From: Syntrophales bacterium
GTDB taxonomy: Bacteria; Desulfobacterota; Syntrophia; Syntrophales; UBA2192
Reading direction: 5' to 3'
DNA length: 64,000 nt
NCBI GenBank assembly: GCA_036725345.1
Contig: DAIMEJ010000013.1
Span: forward strand, 19,162 to 83,161
The notes under the pieces were generated by a model that searched no databases, had not been told where the DNA came from, and saw only the letters and a list, made by a program, of their open reading frames with translations. Below, piece by piece: positions 8,525 through 17,352 of this stretch; position 1 is the first letter of the stretch; every line of letters starts with the position of its first letter. The translations under genes were made by a program, and so were the position numbers.

Positions 8525-10645
8525 ATGAAAAAAGATCACTATTTGCAGAAACTTTTTTATCCGCGCACGGTGACCATTGTCGGGGCGGGAGATAATCCCT
8601 TGTCCGTCAACGGCCGAAGCCTCATGTTCATGTTGCGCCACAAGAGCACGGCGCGGATATACCCCGTCAACCCGAACCGCGACAGCGTCCAGGGAATTCC
8701 CTGCTACCGGCGGATAACGGATCTTCCCGAAGTCCCCGACGTGGCGGTGATTGTCGTGGGCAAAGCCCTTGTGCTGTCGGCCCTTGAAGAGCTGGGACAA
8801 CGGGGATGTCCTTTCGCCATCGTCAACACCTCCGGTTACGCGGAAACCGGGGCCCGGGGGGTGAAAGACCAGGACGACCTGGTCCGGACAGCGAGTCGTT
8901 ACGGGATGAGGCTTATGGGTCCCAATTGTCTCGGGCTCATCAACCTTCTCTCCCCCGTCATCCTGTCCTGGTGCGCGACACTCGAAAGAGAGCCCGGCGA
9001 CCTTCTGCCGGGGGATGTTGCCATGATCTCGCAGAGCGGCGCCATGCTGGGATCCATCTGGGACCGCGCGATGGGTCTGGGATTGGGCTATTGCCACCTC
9101 CTGTCTTCGGGGAATGAGGCCGATTTGAGGATGGCCGATTTTATGGATTATTTCGCACAGGATGACCACACGCGGGTTGTAACGGGCTTCGTCGAAGCCT
9201 TGCGGGACCCGGAAAAATTCCTGGGTGCTGTGGATCGGGCCCATGCCAACGGGAAATCTGTTGTCCTCTACAAGGTGGGAAGAACCGCTGCGGGAAAACG
9301 TGCGGCGGTATCTCACACCGGGTCCCTGACCGGTTCGGATGACACCTTTGATGCCATCTGCCGCGCCCACGGCATCGTCCGGGCAGACACGCTGGATGCT
9401 CTGATGACCACGGCCATGGCACTGCGCGCGCAGCCGCCCGCCCGGGGCGGTCGATTGGGCATCTTTTGCTGTTCGGGGGGCGCGGCAGGCCTGATGGCCG
9501 ATCAAATGCGGGGGAAAGGCCTTTCCGTGGCGCCGGTCAGCCCCGAATTCGAGCGGGATATGACGGAGATTACCGATTTTCAGCCCCCGCATAACCCGCT
9601 GGATATCATCAAAGGCCCCCTCAAGTCCTACGATGTAATCAGGGAGGCCATGAAACGATTTGCCCGCGAGGAGAGCTTCGAACAGATCATCATCCTGATG
9701 ACCACCATGTATCTGCAGAAGGTTGCGCCGAAGCTGATGCTGGAAGGTCTCCGGGGTGGCCCTGAAAAACCGGTCCTGGCCTGCTGGCTCGGCGACAAGG
9801 TGGTCGAGAAGCCCAGCAGGGAGTTGATAGAAGGCGGGGTCGTAACCTATCATGATGTCGATTCCTGCCTTGACGCCGCGAGGGCTCTCTCCATTGTCGG
9901 CCGTCACCGCCAGCGCCTTGAAAGAACGCTGCAACATGCAGAACTGCCTCGCGATGCGCGGAAACGGGCACTGGCGATCATCGAGAGTTGTGAGGGACGT
10001 CTGGACGAAGTCTCTTCGAAGGCTATCCTGTCCCTCTATGGGTTCCCCATCCCCCGAGGAAAGGTTGCCCGGACATTGGACGAGGCTCGCGATATTGCAG
10101 GTCAACTCGGCTTTCCGGTCGTCGTGAAGGGGATATCTCCCGAGCTCATCCACAAAACGGAGGCGGGGGTCGTCTATACGGGCATCGGTAATGAAAAAGA
10201 CCTTGCGGAAGCCTTTGGCCGGGTCAACGGGATCATCGCGTCAACGGCCACTCCCCGGGGCGTTCTCATCGAGGAGATGCTTCCACAACCCGTAGCGGAG
10301 TTGATTATGGGATGCGCCTTTGAAGAGCCCTGTTTTCAGAAAATCATATTTGGTCTCGGGGGCATCTGGGTGGAGGCGCTGGAAGACGTGAGCATTCGTC
10401 TGGCGCCGATCGTGAGAGAAGATGCGGAAGAGATGATATCTGAAATCCGCGGAAAGAAACTGCTGGAAGGAATGCGCGGAAAGCCTCCGGCGGATAAGGA
10501 AGCCCTGGTGTCGGCCTTGATATCCCTGTCCACCCTGATGACGGACCTTCGCGACCAGATCCGTGAAATCGATGTGAACCCTCTCATGGTCTTCCAGAAA
10601 GGCGCTGTGGCCGTGGATGCCATCCTGACACTGAGATCCGGGTGA
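8525..10645 (+). CDS. acyl-CoA synthetase (ADP/NDP-forming), fused alpha-beta type, paralog 2
   Basis: 706 aa with the same architecture as the upstream gene: TIVGAGDNP...YPVNP, VSHTGSLTG, FPVVVKG ATP-grasp. Confidence 0.88.
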   Translation: MKKDHYLQKLFYPRTVTIVGAGDNPLSVNGRSLMFMLRHKSTARIYPVNPNRDSVQGIPCYRRITDLPEVPDVAVIVVGKALVLSALEELGQRGCPFAIVNTSGYAETGARGVKDQDDLVRTASRYGMRLMGPNCLGLINLLSPVILSWCATLEREPGDLLPGDVAMISQSGAMLGSIWDRAMGLGLGYCHLLSSGNEADLRMADFMDYFAQDDHTRVVTGFVEALRDPEKFLGAVDRAHANGKSVVLYKVGRTAAGKRAAVSHTGSLTGSDDTFDAICRAHGIVRADTLDALMTTAMALRAQPPARGGRLGIFCCSGGAAGLMADQMRGKGLSVAPVSPEFERDMTEITDFQPPHNPLDIIKGPLKSYDVIREAMKRFAREESFEQIIILMTTMYLQKVAPKLMLEGLRGGPEKPVLACWLGDKVVEKPSRELIEGGVVTYHDVDSCLDAARALSIVGRHRQRLERTLQHAELPRDARKRALAIIESCEGRLDEVSSKAILSLYGFPIPRGKVARTLDEARDIAGQLGFPVVVKGISPELIHKTEAGVVYTGIGNEKDLAEAFGRVNGIIASTATPRGVLIEEMLPQPVAELIMGCAFEEPCFQKIIFGLGGIWVEALEDVSIRLAPIVREDAEEMISEIRGKKLLEGMRGKPPADKEALVSALISLSTLMTDLRDQIREIDVNPLMVFQKGAVAVDAILTLRSG

Positions 10646-10736
10646 AAAAACCGGTTAACGACTTTCATCCCGCCCCGGTTTCGAAAATGAATTCCGGGCA
10701 CGCACCCCGGGTCGAGGTATGAGATCCTTGAAATAA

Positions 10737-11048
10737 AGATCGCACGAGATCCACCACATCGGCCAAGATACGGGATCACGGGCCATCACCGCCGCTAACG
10801 ATCTCTGGGAAGGGAGCATTGCCGTCAAGGCGGATCTCCCCGCCCCTGCCGTCCCTTCGGAACTGGACGACATCGTCAGCATCATTTACACGTCGGGTAC
10901 CACGGAACGCCCGACGGGGGGGCAACCCAGGATCGCCAATTTCAAAGTCCCGAGAAAAGTGGAGTTCGTAAGCTCCCTGCCTCAGGGACCCACAGGGAAG
11001 ATTCTCAAGCGTGAGCTCAGGGCCATGATGAAAGATCAAAAATCCTGA
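10737..11048 (+). pseudogene. decayed AMP-dependent ligase remnant (5' truncated, with an in-frame internal deletion)
   Basis: Stop-free frame from 10737 to the TGA at 11046-11048, with no start codon. It reads ...[21 protein letters not shown], a degenerate YTSGTTGxPKG P-loop. This is fused directly to [31 protein letters not shown], the last ~35 aa of a ligase. Confidence 0.7.
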
Positions 11049-11073
11049 TCGTGAATGAATTGCATGCCATATC

Positions 11074-11102
11074 AAAACGCCGGTCCAGAGGACCGGCGTT
11101 TT
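11074..11102. terminator. bidirectional rho-independent terminator
   Basis: AAAACGCCGGTCC-AGA-GGACCGGCGTTTT: a perfect 13-bp stem including A/T flanks, with a 3-nt loop. It lies between the convergent ligase remnant (+) and the MFS gene (-). Confidence 0.8.
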
Positions 11103-11176
11103 GCTGTCTTCAGGTCATGGGGCGCCATCCTGCAGTGCGAAACCATTGCGGGACTCGCACCGGCTTCCGGAGTCTT

Positions 11177-12403
11177 TCACGAGATGACTTTCGCCGGCCG
11201 GATGGTAAGGGCCAGCAAGAAGGATCCGACGAGCAGGCCGGCGGAGACCAGGTAAGCCATATGGTATGTGCCGGTTTTATCGACAGCGAAGCCGGCCAAT
11301 ATGGGTCCCAGGATGCCGGCGAATCCCCAGGCAAGGAACAGCAGACCATAATTGCCCCCGAAATTCTTCATGCCAAAAAAATCGGCCGTGACCAGTGGAA
11401 ACAACGCAAAGAAGGTGCCGTAACAAAGGCCGGTCGTCATTGCCCCCAGAGCTAAAGATGTGGGGGTTACGTAATGCACGAAAAAGACCAGGTTAACGGC
11501 CTGCAGGAGAAAAACGCAAAGGAGAATGCTCAGACGGCCATAAAGGTCCGACAGGAAACCCGCAACCAGCCTCCCGCTCGTGTTCAACAGGGCGAAGAAA
11601 ATGACAAGATAGTATCCGTTTTCCCAGTGGGCCTGCGTCTTGGCGATGGCTGCAATATGACCGATGATCAATAATCCCGCCGAGGCTGCAAAGAAGTACA
11701 TGAACCACAACTTGTAAAACAAAGCGATTCTTATCATTTCACGCCAATGTACCTCACGGTGAAGATGTCCCTCTGCAACAACCGGTCGCGTAGATAAACC
11801 AAGTTTTGTCTTTGGATGATAACCGTGGGGAGGGTTGCTTAAGAACTGGGCCAGCATCATGATGATGAGAAAGGCTCCCGTCCCCAGAAATAAAAATGTC
11901 TTGGGAATGCCATAATGGCCAATCAACCAGTTGGCAATGGGTGAGATATAAACGGTGGCCAATCCAATACCGCTGACCACAATGCCGGTCGCAAACCCCT
12001 TTTTTTCGGGCGGGAACCATTTGATGCTGGCGGGTATCGTTGTGGAATAGCACAGGCCGTTGCCGATACCCGTTATTCCGTATGCGATAGTCATGAGCAG
12101 CGGAGTGCTGGTAAAACTGCAGGAGATCAAACCCGTTGCCATAAAGATGCCGCCTGTGTTGGCTACGAGCCTCGGGCCCAATTTGTCCTGCATTCTCCCG
12201 GCGAAGACCATTGCAAGGGCAAAGATCGCCGTATAGATGGTCAAGGGCAAAGATGCTTCCACATTGGTCCATTGCCAGTCAGACACCAATGCTTTCTTGA
12301 TCACACTCCAGGAATAAGTGACACCCATGGTCATGTTGATTCCTGTCGCTGCCCCCAACACCATCCAGGGTCGCCATGGCGGTATTCTTTCATTTCGCTG
12401 CAT
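11177..12403 (-). CDS. MFS transporter, oxalate/formate antiporter (OFA)-like
   Basis: 408 aa and about 12 hydrophobic segments. The N-terminus WMVLGAATGINMTMGVTYSWSV and the overall pattern are typical of OFA-family MFS proteins. Confidence 0.8.
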   Translation of the reverse strand: MQRNERIPPWRPWMVLGAATGINMTMGVTYSWSVIKKALVSDWQWTNVEASLPLTIYTAIFALAMVFAGRMQDKLGPRLVANTGGIFMATGLISCSFTSTPLLMTIAYGITGIGNGLCYSTTIPASIKWFPPEKKGFATGIVVSGIGLATVYISPIANWLIGHYGIPKTFLFLGTGAFLIIMMLAQFLSNPPHGYHPKTKLGLSTRPVVAEGHLHREVHWREMIRIALFYKLWFMYFFAASAGLLIIGHIAAIAKTQAHWENGYYLVIFFALLNTSGRLVAGFLSDLYGRLSILLCVFLLQAVNLVFFVHYVTPTSLALGAMTTGLCYGTFFALFPLVTADFFGMKNFGGNYGLLFLAWGFAGILGPILAGFAVDKTGTYHMAYLVSAGLLVGSFLLALTIRPAKVIS

Positions 12404-12440
12404 AGAATCGCAGATCCAGGAAGCGTTAGCCTGTTTTTTT

Positions 12441-13016
12441 TCAAAGTTCCACCTGCAGAGAATACGTCCCTCGCAGGGGTTTCCACGTGTAAGAGTAACC
12501 GAGGGTGTTCAGTAGCCTCGGGATCGCCTCATTCGAGAAATCAATGGCCGCTTCGACCCGGCGGATGCCGTTTTTCCTTGCGGCTTCAAAGAGCCTTCGG
12601 ACCATTTCTTTCCCCACCCCCATGCCCTGCCAGTCATCTCTCACGGCCACGCCAAACTCCGTACCCCCCGTGTCGTCGTCGCGGTGGTAGCGGGATACGG
12701 CGATGATATGATCCTCCCCCCTCTCGACGAGCGTCGCCACGATGGCGAAGTCCGAAACATAATTGACCAGTGTGAAATGGTCGAGCAGATGGGGGTCAAG
12801 TTCCCGGAGAAGTCCCAGAAAGCGCAGGCGGATGGAACGGTCCGAGAGCCTGTGAAACAGACCGACAAGAAGTCTCCGATCCGTCGGCTTAACCGGCCGA
12901 AGAAAGACCTGTCTGCCGTTTCCTGCCGTATACCATCCCTCAAGTCCCGCCGGGTAACCTGGGGGGAGATTTTCACCGGATTCGGTGGCCATGCTTTTTG
13001 TCTGGGGGAGCTTCAT
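12441..13016 (-). CDS. GNAT N-acetyltransferase, Pat-type domain, stand-alone
   Basis: 191 aa. Contains VFLRPVKPTDRRLLVGLFHRLSDRSIRLRFL followed by the acetyl-CoA motif VRDDWQGMGVGKEM. Confidence 0.8.
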   Translation of the reverse strand: MKLPQTKSMATESGENLPPGYPAGLEGWYTAGNGRQVFLRPVKPTDRRLLVGLFHRLSDRSIRLRFLGLLRELDPHLLDHFTLVNYVSDFAIVATLVERGEDHIIAVSRYHRDDDTGGTEFGVAVRDDWQGMGVGKEMVRRLFEAARKNGIRRVEAAIDFSNEAIPRLLNTLGYSYTWKPLRGTYSLQVEL

Positions 13017-13035
13017 TCAGCCCTGTTAAAATAAT

Positions 13036-13069
13036 ACAAAAAAGCCCGCCGGTTCAACACAGGCGGGCT
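13036..13069 (-). terminator. rho-independent terminator (minus strand), downstream of the ACAD gene
   Basis: The minus strand reads AGCCCGCC-(11 nt)-GGCGGGCT followed by TTTTTTG. It lies between the ACAD stop (13193) and the GNAT start (13016). Confidence 0.7.
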
Positions 13070-13192
13070 TTCCTGCCTTTGTCGTCATTTTGACTCAAGT
13101 TCTTATCCACGAACCCCATGTCTGATTCCTGCCGCTATGCGGCACGACCCAGACAGACTTAGACGGACCCAGAAAGACCCAGATAGACAGTA

Positions 13193-14350
13193 TTACTTCA
13201 GGGCGCTCAGGATGTCCCGCGCGATGATCAGCCTCTGGATCTGGTTCGTCCCCTCGTAAATCGAGGTGATGCGCACGTCGCGGGCGTAACGTTCGACGGG
13301 GTACTCGGTCGTGTAGCCGTAACCACCCAATATCTGGATCGCGTTATAGCAGGCCCTCTCGGCCGCTTCGGTGGCATAATACTTCGCCATGGAGGCTTCC
13401 CTTCCGAAGTACTTGCCCGTCTCTTTCTTGTAAGAGGCGTTCATGAGAAGAAGCCTTGCTGCTTCCAGTTCCGTGTAGGACTCGGCGATCATCCACTGTA
13501 TGGCCTGAAAATTCGTGATCGGCTGCTCGAACTGGACACGGTTGATGGCATACCTTGTCGCGTAGTCCATGGCGGCAAGCCCGCAACCGAGACCAAGCGA
13601 TCCGATGCCGATTCTGCCGCCCGCGAGCTCGCCCGCCGCCGTGCGGAACCCGTCGTTGAGCTTTCCCATCAGGGCGTTCTTGGGGACGCGGCAGTCCTCG
13701 AAGACGAGCTCGTTTGTGATCGAAGCGTGCTGACCCATCTTGTGCTCCGCACGTCCCACCGTGAGGCCTTTCGTCCCGTTTTCAATGAGAAAGGTACTGA
13801 TATTCTTGCCTTTCTTGCCCTTCGGGTCCGTAACCGCCCAGGTGACGAAAACGCCGGCATATTCCGCGCTGGTAATGAACAGTTTGTTGCCGTTGATCAC
13901 GTAGTGATCGCCGTCGGCGATGGCCGTTGTTCTCATCCCCGCGGGATCCGAACCGGCACCGGTTTCGGTCAATGCGAAACCGCCGGCATAGTATTCACCG
14001 GAACATAGCTTCGGGATGTATTTTCTTTTCTGTTCTTCCGTGCCCACGGCCTGGATCACCTCTGCCACCATGTTCGTCACCGACATGGTTACGGCCGTAG
14101 AAGCGCAGGCCCTCGCTATCTCCGTGACCGCCAGACTGAAGGCGATGACACCCGCTTCCGATCCCCCGTATTCGGAACGCACGTTGATTCCCATCATGCC
14201 GAGATCAGCCAGTCTTTTTAGATTCTTGAGGAAAGTCTCCCGGTCGCCCTGCTGATCAAGTTTCGCAGCCACCGGCTCGAGTACCGTCTGGGCAAAATTC
14301 CTTGCGGTATCCTGTATGATTTTTTGTTCTTCTTTTAGATCCAAATTCAT
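13193..14350 (-). CDS. acyl-CoA dehydrogenase (short/medium-chain, butyryl-CoA dehydrogenase-like)
   Basis: 385 aa. Contains GFALTETGAGSD and YEGTNQIQRLIIARDIL. Full-length ACAD. Confidence 0.93.
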   Translation of the reverse strand: MNLDLKEEQKIIQDTARNFAQTVLEPVAAKLDQQGDRETFLKNLKRLADLGMMGINVRSEYGGSEAGVIAFSLAVTEIARACASTAVTMSVTNMVAEVIQAVGTEEQKRKYIPKLCSGEYYAGGFALTETGAGSDPAGMRTTAIADGDHYVINGNKLFITSAEYAGVFVTWAVTDPKGKKGKNISTFLIENGTKGLTVGRAEHKMGQHASITNELVFEDCRVPKNALMGKLNDGFRTAAGELAGGRIGIGSLGLGCGLAAMDYATRYAINRVQFEQPITNFQAIQWMIAESYTELEAARLLLMNASYKKETGKYFGREASMAKYYATEAAERACYNAIQILGGYGYTTEYPVERYARDVRITSIYEGTNQIQRLIIARDILSALK

Positions 14351-14684
14351 TTTGTGCTTCCCCCTTGTTTTAATATGTTTTTAAAACTCGAATTCAGCCG
14401 GCGGCTGAATAAAATTTTCAGCAATACCCGAAATCGACAATCCAACCCGTTGATAAAAGCAGGATAAAAATGCAGGAAACCGGTGTTTCTATATATCGTA
14501 TCCATTCAAAAATCAAGGCCAATTCAAGGGTCGTGTTCAAAAAATAAAAATGTATATCTCACGGAGATTAAACGGGAATGTAGACTGATCGCGACGGCCT
14601 ATGAAGGCCATCGGCCCTTCGCCGAAATCCTGACAAGATGAAAGGGTCAGAGAGGCAGACGGCGGCGTGATGACGGACGAATGT

Positions 14685-15251
14685 TCACGCCTCGCAGGTA
14701 TCGATATCAATCAGAATAAAGAAATACCCGGCTCTCAAAGTGAGTGTGTACTTGCAGCCGATGCTGTTGAAAATTTTGGTGACGGCCTCATTGGTGGGAT
14801 CCATCATGCCATCGAACTGGTGGATGTTGTTTTCCCTCGCGATGTCGACGATCTTGGCCGCGATCTTTGTTCCGAGCCCCAGACCCTGCCAGTCGTCCCG
14901 AACGACAAAGGCTATCTCCGTGTTATCCGTATGGATGTTGTAATGATAGCGAAAGACGGAGATGATATGCTCTTCACCTTCCTCCTCAATGGTCGCGGCG
15001 AGGGCGAAATCGGATTTATAGTTCATCAGCGTAAAGCGGTCGAGCCACTCCTCGGGAAGCTGCCTGACGCGATGCAGAAAGCGTCGGTAGATGGTTTGCG
15101 GTGATAAACGGTTGAAAAGCTCGATGAGAAGGCGGCGATCGGAGGGTTTGATTGGCCTCAAGAGCACCGTGCGGCCGTTCTTGAGCGTTATCCATTCCAC
15201 GTATTCGTATGGGTAATCGTCGGGCAAGCCGACATTTGCAACGGATTCCAT
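14685..15251 (-). CDS. GNAT N-acetyltransferase, Pat-type domain, stand-alone (paralog of 12441..13016)
   Basis: 188 aa. VLLRPIKPSDRRLLIELFNRLSPQTIYRRFL and VRDDWQGLGLGTKI, collinear with the other GNAT. Confidence 0.8.
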   Translation of the reverse strand: MESVANVGLPDDYPYEYVEWITLKNGRTVLLRPIKPSDRRLLIELFNRLSPQTIYRRFLHRVRQLPEEWLDRFTLMNYKSDFALAATIEEEGEEHIISVFRYHYNIHTDNTEIAFVVRDDWQGLGLGTKIAAKIVDIARENNIHQFDGMMDPTNEAVTKIFNSIGCKYTLTLRAGYFFILIDIDTCEA

Positions 15252-15363
15252 GGCCTCGTCGATAAAGTGAATTTATGTATAAATATAAATAAAACATGAC
15301 AAAAAATACAGAATTATTTATGCTGAGCGCGGGTCGATGCCGCACGGTTCGCAACGAAAAAAC

Positions 15364-15393
15364 TTGACATTGAAAATTCCCTGAATTTATATG
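15364..15393 (+). promoter_or_regulatory. candidate sigma-70 promoter for the activator gene
   Basis: TTGACA at 15364-15369, an 18-nt spacer, then TATATG at 15388-15393. This overlaps the track's ATG at 15391 and therefore argues for a downstream start codon. Confidence 0.4.
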
Positions 15394-15417
15394 ATTGCCG
15401 AAATGAGAAGGGGAACG

Positions 15418-16815
15418 ATGGACGACCATAAAAAGTTCGACTGGATTGAGCAGATGGACCGGAAGCTTCTCGATGCTTTCGTCGATAACCCGTACGAATG
15501 TCCCATCGTCATTGATCGAGACGGCATCATTCGATTCATGAGCCGCTTCAACAAGGAGCTCTACGGCGTGTCACCCGAGGAAGCCGTCGGGAAGTACATA
15601 ACGGATGTCAATAAAAAAAGCAAAATGCAGGAAACCCTCGTCAACGGCATGCCTTCGATCGGGGAAACGCACCTGGTCGGCAATCGGTATCAGATCCTGG
15701 CCCGAATACCCATCCGCGATGAGAAGGGGAACATCATCGGTGTCCTGGGGAAGCGGATCTTTCATCGCACGGATAAAATCAAAGAACTATACCGGAAGAT
15801 CGAACTTCTCGAGAAACAGTTGAAATATTACCGCGATGAGGTGCATACGATCAAAAGCGGGGGATACAGATTTGCCAAAATCGTAGGCAGCTCAGTGGCC
15901 ATCAATAGCCTCGTTAAACTATCCCTGCAGGCCTCGGGAAGTGATGCGCCGATTCTCATCACAGGCGAGTCGGGAACGGGAAAAGACGCCTGTGCATTTT
16001 TTATTCATGAACACAGCAAAAGAGCGACGGGTCCTTTCATCCGGGTCAACTGCGGGGCTATTCCCCGCGAACTCATCGAAAGCGAACTGTTCGGGTACGA
16101 AGGGGGGGCTTTCACGGGAGCGAAGAAACAGGGTAAGATGGGGAAATTCGAACTGTCCCACGGCGGAACGATATTTCTGGACGAAATCGGTGAGATGCCT
16201 CTCGACATGCAGGTAAAACTTCTGCGTGTGCTACAGGATTACGAGATAGACCGCGTGGGGGGGACGCGGCCGATAAAGGTGAATTTTCGGCTGATCACGG
16301 CCACGAACAAGGAGCTGTCGGATCAAGTGGAAAAGGGTGCTTTCAGGATGGATCTTTTCTACCGCATCAACATATTTCACATCCATACGCCGAGCCTTCG
16401 GGATATCCGGGAGGACATTCCGGCGATCGCTGAATATATCATCCATCAGCTCCGGGACAAGATCACACAGGGTCCGTCTCGAATTTCCAGTGAGGCTCTG
16501 ACCCTCATGAAGGCCTATCACTGGCCTGGGAATGTTAGAGAACTTCGAAATGTTATCGAGCGGGCCATGTTTACATCCGAGAGTGCGGAAATAAGGGTTG
16601 AAGACCTCCCGAGCAGGATCCGTGAGTTACCGAGAACACGCAAAGATATTTCAGAAGTCGGGGTACATCTCAGGAAAGCGCTTCAAGAAGCTGAGAAGAA
16701 AATCATCAAAGACGCCCTCCGTCAGACCAGCGGAAACAAGGTGAAGGCAGCTGACCTGCTGGGCATTCACAGAACGGTTCTTTACTACAAGATCAAGCAG
16801 CTCCATATCACCTAG
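15418..16815 (+). CDS. sigma-54-dependent transcriptional activator (PAS sensor, AAA+ domain, Fis-type HTH)
   Basis: Walker A GESGTGKD, the sigma-54 contact motif GAFTGA (ESELFGYEGGAFTGA), and a C-terminal HTH AADLLGIHRTVLYYKIKQ. The start is uncertain: in-frame ATGs at 15391, 15403 and 15418. I chose 15418 because of the aagggga RBS and the promoter position. Confidence 0.9.
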   Translation: MDDHKKFDWIEQMDRKLLDAFVDNPYECPIVIDRDGIIRFMSRFNKELYGVSPEEAVGKYITDVNKKSKMQETLVNGMPSIGETHLVGNRYQILARIPIRDEKGNIIGVLGKRIFHRTDKIKELYRKIELLEKQLKYYRDEVHTIKSGGYRFAKIVGSSVAINSLVKLSLQASGSDAPILITGESGTGKDACAFFIHEHSKRATGPFIRVNCGAIPRELIESELFGYEGGAFTGAKKQGKMGKFELSHGGTIFLDEIGEMPLDMQVKLLRVLQDYEIDRVGGTRPIKVNFRLITATNKELSDQVEKGAFRMDLFYRINIFHIHTPSLRDIREDIPAIAEYIIHQLRDKITQGPSRISSEALTLMKAYHWPGNVRELRNVIERAMFTSESAEIRVEDLPSRIRELPRTRKDISEVGVHLRKALQEAEKKIIKDALRQTSGNKVKAADLLGIHRTVLYYKIKQLHIT

Positions 16816-17084
16816 TAAAAACTGCCGTTTCCTTCCTCCTGAAAGCCTTTAACAGCTTCTGCGAAAGCGACTTTTTCACAACACATAACCCGTCGTATAG
16901 AAACACGAATTCCTTTGAATTTTTTATTGAGATGTAGTAATAAGCACCTTGAGGCAGATTTGTATAACATTTGAAACATGTATTGATCGTTGTTCATATT
17001 CCCACTATCCTATTTTTTAATCAAAGCCCTTCCTTTAAAACGATTTTTTCAGGATATTTAAATTAGAATGTCTAAAAAATGAGA

Positions 17085-17101
17085 CGTGTAAAGGCGTGTA
17101 A
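17085..17101 (+). promoter_or_regulatory. direct repeat CGTGTAA-N3-CGTGTAA (possible activator binding site)
   Basis: Two exact 7-mers spaced 10 bp apart (17085-17091 and 17095-17101), roughly 65 bp upstream of the -24 element. Confidence 0.3.
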
Positions 17102-17130
17102 CGGGAGAACAATTTAATAAAACACAGTAA

Positions 17131-17143
17131 TATCAATTACTTA
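17131..17143 (+). promoter_or_regulatory. IHF-consensus-like site
   Basis: TATCAATTACTTA fits WATCAANNNNTTR. It lies in an AT-rich tract between the repeat and the -24/-12 element. Confidence 0.35.
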
Positions 17144-17157
17144 TAAAAAATTTTTCT

Positions 17158-17173
17158 TGGTCTATTCCTTGCT
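17158..17173 (+). promoter_or_regulatory. sigma-54 (-24/-12) promoter candidate
   Basis: TGGTCTATTCCTTGCT: GG at positions 2-3 and GC at positions 14-15, which is exactly the canonical TGGCAC-N5-TTGCW spacing. It lies about 180 bp upstream of the ACAD start at 17353 and downstream of the activator gene. Confidence 0.6.
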
Positions 17174-17352
17174 AAACTTATTTGATGGAGTAGTCTCGGG
17201 GAGTAGTCCGAAAAGGGGCGGATATGGAACTGAAAATATGGCCGTTTGTTAAATAAAATCAATTTGTTCAATATATTATGAGCATCAAATAAAGAGACTA
17301 AACAAAGTCAGGTCATGGACCCCCTTGAAGTAAGAGGAGAAAGGAGCGCAAA

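Noticed and set aside
8519-10153. 544-aa minus-strand ORF
   Set aside because: It lies fully inside, and antisense to, the second ADP-forming acyl-CoA synthetase. Its composition is low-complexity R/G/P/H-rich, and it has no RBS context.
13146-13183. Three GACCCAGA units (spacing 20 and 10 bp) just downstream of the minus-strand ACAD stop, considered as a repeat array or CRISPR-like feature
   Set aside because: There are only three 8-mers with irregular spacing and no conserved spacer/repeat architecture. The feature is too short to interpret and is not a CRISPR.
16812-16997. 61-aa minus-strand ORF in the AT-rich spacer after the activator gene
   Set aside because: It has no convincing RBS and overlaps the regulator's stop codon. 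It lies in a region better explained as the sigma-54 promoter and upstream-activating-sequence spacer. Its composition is unremarkable.
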